A stretch of 20,000 nucleotides of DNA from Saprolegnia diclina VS20 (taxonomy: Eukaryota), in contig NW_008246131.1 of assembly GCF_000281045.1 (NCBI RefSeq), positions 186,312 to 206,311 on the forward strand, in the 5' to 3' direction. The first letter of the stretch is position 1, and every line of letters begins with the position of its first letter. Positions 17,201 through 20,000 of the stretch are shown piece by piece. Under the pieces are notes generated by a model that did not search any database, was not told the DNA's origin, and saw only the letters and a program-made list of their open reading frames with translations. The position numbers and the translations under genes are program-made.

Positions 17201-19978
17201 CTCGAGATCGAAGCCGACCGCATCAAGATGCCGATGCTGCTCAATGCGCACGAGATGGAAGCGCAGGCCCGCGCCGGCGTCGTGCGCACAGTCTGGGGCC
17301 GCCTCGCCAAGCACATTTCGGGTTTGGAGGCCGAGATCGACACGATCCACGTCGGGAAGCTCCTCGCCGAGATGCTCTCGCTCAAGAAACTCGCGACGCG
17401 CAAGCATGCGGACGTGGCGCGGCCGATCGAGTCGTGGTCGCAGCTGCTGCTCGAGCTCAACATCGTCGTGGGTGCGATGGCTAATATGGACAAGGCGATC
17501 AAGGTCGGGTTCCAGCACTTCAAGATTGAAAACACGCAGTTCACCAAGCGCCAGGCCGCGACCGAGACGCTCGAAGGACACAAGGAGGCGCTCGAGGCGC
17601 TCGTGCATCTCTCGATGGACCCGAACATGGAGGGGGTCCTCCAGGACGTGCCGTACGTGCTGCACAACATGTCGGTGACATTGACGCAAGCCGCACGGGA
17701 GCTCGGCATCCAGCTCACGCTCCTTCCGATCATCACCAAGCCCAAGTGGAACATGGACAAGGCCGAGCGCGCCGAGACCGAGGCCGTCGAGAAGGAGCTC
17801 CGTACGACCATGACGCACCTCACCACCGTCTACGGCGAGCTGCAGCCGCTTTTGGCCGAGATGGAGCACCTGTTGCAGCTGAGCTTGCCGCTGCCTGAGC
17901 TCTCGAGTCTCAGCGACCACCTCCGGTACGGCAAGGAGCTGCCGTACACCAACCCGAGCGTGTGGCTCAACTCCGAGCTCGCCATCTTCCTCGCGACGAT
18001 CCAAGACATTGCTGCCGACGCCAACGAGCTCCGCGCCGAGATGACGCCGCTCGCGACGACGCCGGACGCGCTGCTGCCAATGCCGACGCTCATCACTGGG
18101 CTTTTGGAGGCGACGATTGCGAATCCGCTCATCGACATCCAGCCCTTCCACGTCGAGAACCCCAACCCGGCGTTCCGGAGCCTCGCCAAGCGCTTCCGGT
18201 ACGCGCCGTACGAGTACATGCACATGTCGTACCAGGCAAAGGACGAGCTGCAGCACTGGTACATGCAGTACCCGGCAATAACCTCTGCGAGCGCGCCGCC
18301 GCAGCTCTTTAGCAGCACGCAGCGCATCACGCTGCTCGAGAGCATCATCACCGACTCGGAAACCGGCGCGGGGCTCAACTTGGAGCGGCTTGTGCTCTCG
18401 GGGGCGATCAAGGGCCACTTTCCGCTGCACGACGAGCACGCCAAGCGCGAGCTGTGGGCGCGCTGGAAGTGGTCGCTACTGCAGCCGATCGGCGACATTC
18501 GGTCGTACTTTGGCGTCAAGATCGCACTCTATTTTGCGTACCTCGGGCACTACACGACGTGGCTGACGCTGTCGTCCGTCGCGGGCTTGAGCGTCGTCGT
18601 CGTGCAGGCCGTGCACAGCCACTACAACATCTCCAAGTCGGAGCTCGATTGGGTCAAGATCTACTCGGTGCCTGTCTACGGCACGTTCATCATCGTTTGG
18701 GCGACGCTCTTTCTCAAAAACTGGGTCCGGAAGCAGTCGGTGTTTGCGCTGCAGTGGGGCATGTCCGAGTACCACGAAGAAGAGCAACTGCGGCCGCAGT
18801 TTCAAGGCGACTTGATGCGCGATCCGGTCACGGGCGCGCGCATGCGCTACTTCAACGACGGCCAGCGCCGCCTCCGGCTCCTCTACTCGTGGTTCATCCT
18901 CGCGATCCTCATTTGCGTCGTCCTTGTGTGCGTCGCCATCATCTTTTGGCTGCGCATGCATTTGCACAACAACCCGTTCTTCCAGTTTGGCTCTGTCAAC
19001 ATTGGCACCGAGGTCGCGGCGATGGCCAACGTCGTCCAGATCTTCATGCTCTCGCAGCTCTACAACAACGTGAGTGGGAGTCTGAACGAGTACGAGAACC
19101 ACCGAACCGACACGGCGTACGAAAATCACTTTATCGGCAAGGCCATCGTCTTCCAGTTTGTCAACAACTTTGCGCTCCTCTTCTACGTGGCGTTTCTCAA
19201 GGAGAACTTCGAGGGCTGTCAAGAAAACGACTGCATGGGTGAGCTCAAGATCTCGCTGGTGTACGTCTACGGCTCGCAGCTCGTCATGGGCAACTGCCAA
19301 GAGCTCCTCGTCCCGCTCTTCTGGGCCCGTGTCGAGAAGGTCCAGCACGAGTGGGTCTCCAAGCAAGACACGGACGAGCCGGAAATCTCGGTCGTCGAGA
19401 CGCAGTTCTTCATGCCGACGTACGGCTGGCGTGGCACGTTCGACGACTACCTCGAGATGATCATCCAGTTTGGCTACTCGACCTTCTTCGTCATCGCGTG
19501 CCCGTTTGCACCCATCATGTCGTGCTTCAACAACTTTTTTGAGATTCGCATCGACGCGAGCAAGCTCAGCCGCTTTGCGCGCCGCCCGCGGCCCAGCGGC
19601 GCGTCGACGATTGGCCAGTGGGTGCACGTGCTCGAGGTGTTTGTGTCGATCGCGATCGTCACCAACGCGTGGGTCATCGTCTCGACGTCCGACCTCACCG
19701 ACCTCGTGCTCCAGACGTTCCCGTCGCTTCAGAAAAGTCTCAGCACGCTCGGCGTCTTCTTTGGCGTCGCGGGCGGCCTCTTCTCGCTGCGGTATGCGAT
19801 CAACAGCAGCATCGACGACATGCCACGTCATGTGCGCGCGCAGCTCCGGCGCCAGAAATTTGTCGTCGGCCAAGTCCTCTCGACGCACGAAGAAGTGAGC
19901 GCCCGCCGCAAGTCGATCCAGCGCGCAACAACGACAGCTGTCCCCTCCAAGGGCGTCGCCACGTCCACCGCGGCCTAG
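14234..19978 (+). CDS. Tandem (double-module) anoctamin/TMEM16-family protein, 1914 aa, intronless
   Basis: First ATG at 14234 (the ORF track starts at GTG 14171). Module 1 runs from WDYVIVFPNPE (14582) to RQEYYVSKVL (~16900). Module 2 runs from WDYAIVFPNPE (16985) to RQKFVVGQVL (~19880) and contains QPIGDIRSYFGVKIALYFAYL, LNEYENHRTDTAYEN, DDYLEMIIQFGY, NNFFEIRIDA and IGQW. Confidence 0.96.
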   Translation: MESTPLVGDVAKPPAPRPKLSKYSSVPNMAKPSLVTRAATSDIPEFKRFLSAPISEDSEYGPPSSIDDSMLHEHTMKSLPRNESSQGGVNGASTTYDAAAPEMRSLPPSYRSQSPEWDYVIVFPNPELRMPLNGETPPSPASGSARAGVMSMSDVLTKLRQAGLDTQLSKSTPPPASTAATTKYVPPYVYCKIRATLDRLKAEAARVHMALPLVENQLERMAKQGEVRFHIESPEDRIAEMQREGFEPLPAESKRSSSRRTFKKVRYEPGQDVDVFDLFDAGELEDLAAEETGEARNPSHNNGNSWVDRMTLLLRKFKYKPYQFIHMHYHPQDNIQCLYGSPLFPTTKRIRLLESIMTSPLGAGLDLELLLKTKSIAAAYPLHEDDARREIRDMWNSSLWLTHQPIEMTREYFGCQVALFLAYVAHMTRWLLLPSVFGLCFLFMGKTPLVPLFGLFMVCWSTLFLKMWKRKLAVLGMKWGMADYHAPEHDKPSFDDERNWHVPKGSTSSLIFRRVFSMCVLLVLVACVMASVGGLFYLRYQAELAPATAAWHVSGNYTLEIAFRGELHLVALLNVVSIYLWTYVFNKLHMTLNDYEVYHAEATAQQAYILKAMFFHFVNHFAGPVYVAFVKTHVEGVRMQYAGPDIEAVAELKTYMLYLYGAQLVVHNVWIVLLPYGRHLFCKTKKRWQARRHLNSLFNGSSVNDDLEALPISGSVSLPTKRLPVEVQFQLRDYGWKGLFNDYFHMVVQFGYATLFVVSCPYLPLMACVHNIVAIRAHGVHLTTLFRRPSPRSAQQIRLWTFFLELLCTLAIGTNAWAIVAKAKLAQAALDTFHQPEMYFVQARWICIGLLFLGLYALSSIFGFCINDIPSRVRVQLERQEYYVSKVLHLGYRWDKAMHAIIFSGSQEDLEEQDGYGWDYAIVFPNPEVRRPPKLHPLTGKIESTLSMRDMLLKLHKAGLQVQFFDSAAIVSSYIPSMVLCKVRASRQRLEIEADRIKMPMLLNAHEMEAQARAGVVRTVWGRLAKHISGLEAEIDTIHVGKLLAEMLSLKKLATRKHADVARPIESWSQLLLELNIVVGAMANMDKAIKVGFQHFKIENTQFTKRQAATETLEGHKEALEALVHLSMDPNMEGVLQDVPYVLHNMSVTLTQAARELGIQLTLLPIITKPKWNMDKAERAETEAVEKELRTTMTHLTTVYGELQPLLAEMEHLLQLSLPLPELSSLSDHLRYGKELPYTNPSVWLNSELAIFLATIQDIAADANELRAEMTPLATTPDALLPMPTLITGLLEATIANPLIDIQPFHVENPNPAFRSLAKRFRYAPYEYMHMSYQAKDELQHWYMQYPAITSASAPPQLFSSTQRITLLESIITDSETGAGLNLERLVLSGAIKGHFPLHDEHAKRELWARWKWSLLQPIGDIRSYFGVKIALYFAYLGHYTTWLTLSSVAGLSVVVVQAVHSHYNISKSELDWVKIYSVPVYGTFIIVWATLFLKNWVRKQSVFALQWGMSEYHEEEQLRPQFQGDLMRDPVTGARMRYFNDGQRRLRLLYSWFILAILICVVLVCVAIIFWLRMHLHNNPFFQFGSVNIGTEVAAMANVVQIFMLSQLYNNVSGSLNEYENHRTDTAYENHFIGKAIVFQFVNNFALLFYVAFLKENFEGCQENDCMGELKISLVYVYGSQLVMGNCQELLVPLFWARVEKVQHEWVSKQDTDEPEISVVETQFFMPTYGWRGTFDDYLEMIIQFGYSTFFVIACPFAPIMSCFNNFFEIRIDASKLSRFARRPRPSGASTIGQWVHVLEVFVSIAIVTNAWVIVSTSDLTDLVLQTFPSLQKSLSTLGVFFGVAGGLFSLRYAINSSIDDMPRHVRAQLRRQKFVVGQVLSTHEEVSARRKSIQRATTTAVPSKGVATSTAA

Positions 19979-20000
19979 TGTATAAGCGCAATAAGAAACC

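Noticed and set aside
15863..19888. Long antisense ORFs (858 aa at 15863..18439 and 470 aa at 18476..19888)
   Set aside because: They lie in the mirror frame of the anoctamin CDS. GC-rich codon bias suppresses antisense stops, and the R/V/E/H-rich translations show no domain features.
1..19978. A functional 'calcium cluster' of two anoctamins plus EF-hand PP2A B''
   Set aside because: The intervening genes are functionally unrelated, and eukaryotic adjacency alone is not evidence of a shared pathway.

Overview
GC-rich, gene-dense eukaryotic DNA. The very short (41-49 nt) spliceosomal introns, oomycete-type GCTCATT initiator/FPR promoter motifs and gene content suggest an oomycete, probably Saprolegniales (inference). 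Seven genes can be supported. Two divergently oriented, intronless paralogues flank the window, each a tandem fusion of anoctamin/TMEM16 modules: 1..3281 on the minus strand (truncated by the window edge and missing from the ORF track) and 14234..19978 on the plus strand. Between them lie a twin-CX9C COA4-like gene, a 7-exon PP2A B'' regulatory subunit, a cysteine-containing type II membrane protein, an 11-exon coiled-coil gene reconstructed by hand, and a U-box protein with SH3-like repeats. Main findings: (1) in both double anoctamins the first module has lost most Ca2+-ligand residues, while the second module keeps them where visible and carries a ~280-aa helical insert in both genes; (2) the coiled-coil protein has both a CC1 box (LAARIGQSLL) and a Spindly-type motif (GSLFHEL), like animal dynein-dynactin activating adaptors; (3) the palindrome ATCCGGAT sits exactly 74 nt upstream of both anoctamin start codons. 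All family calls come from manual translation and motif recognition; no searches were run.
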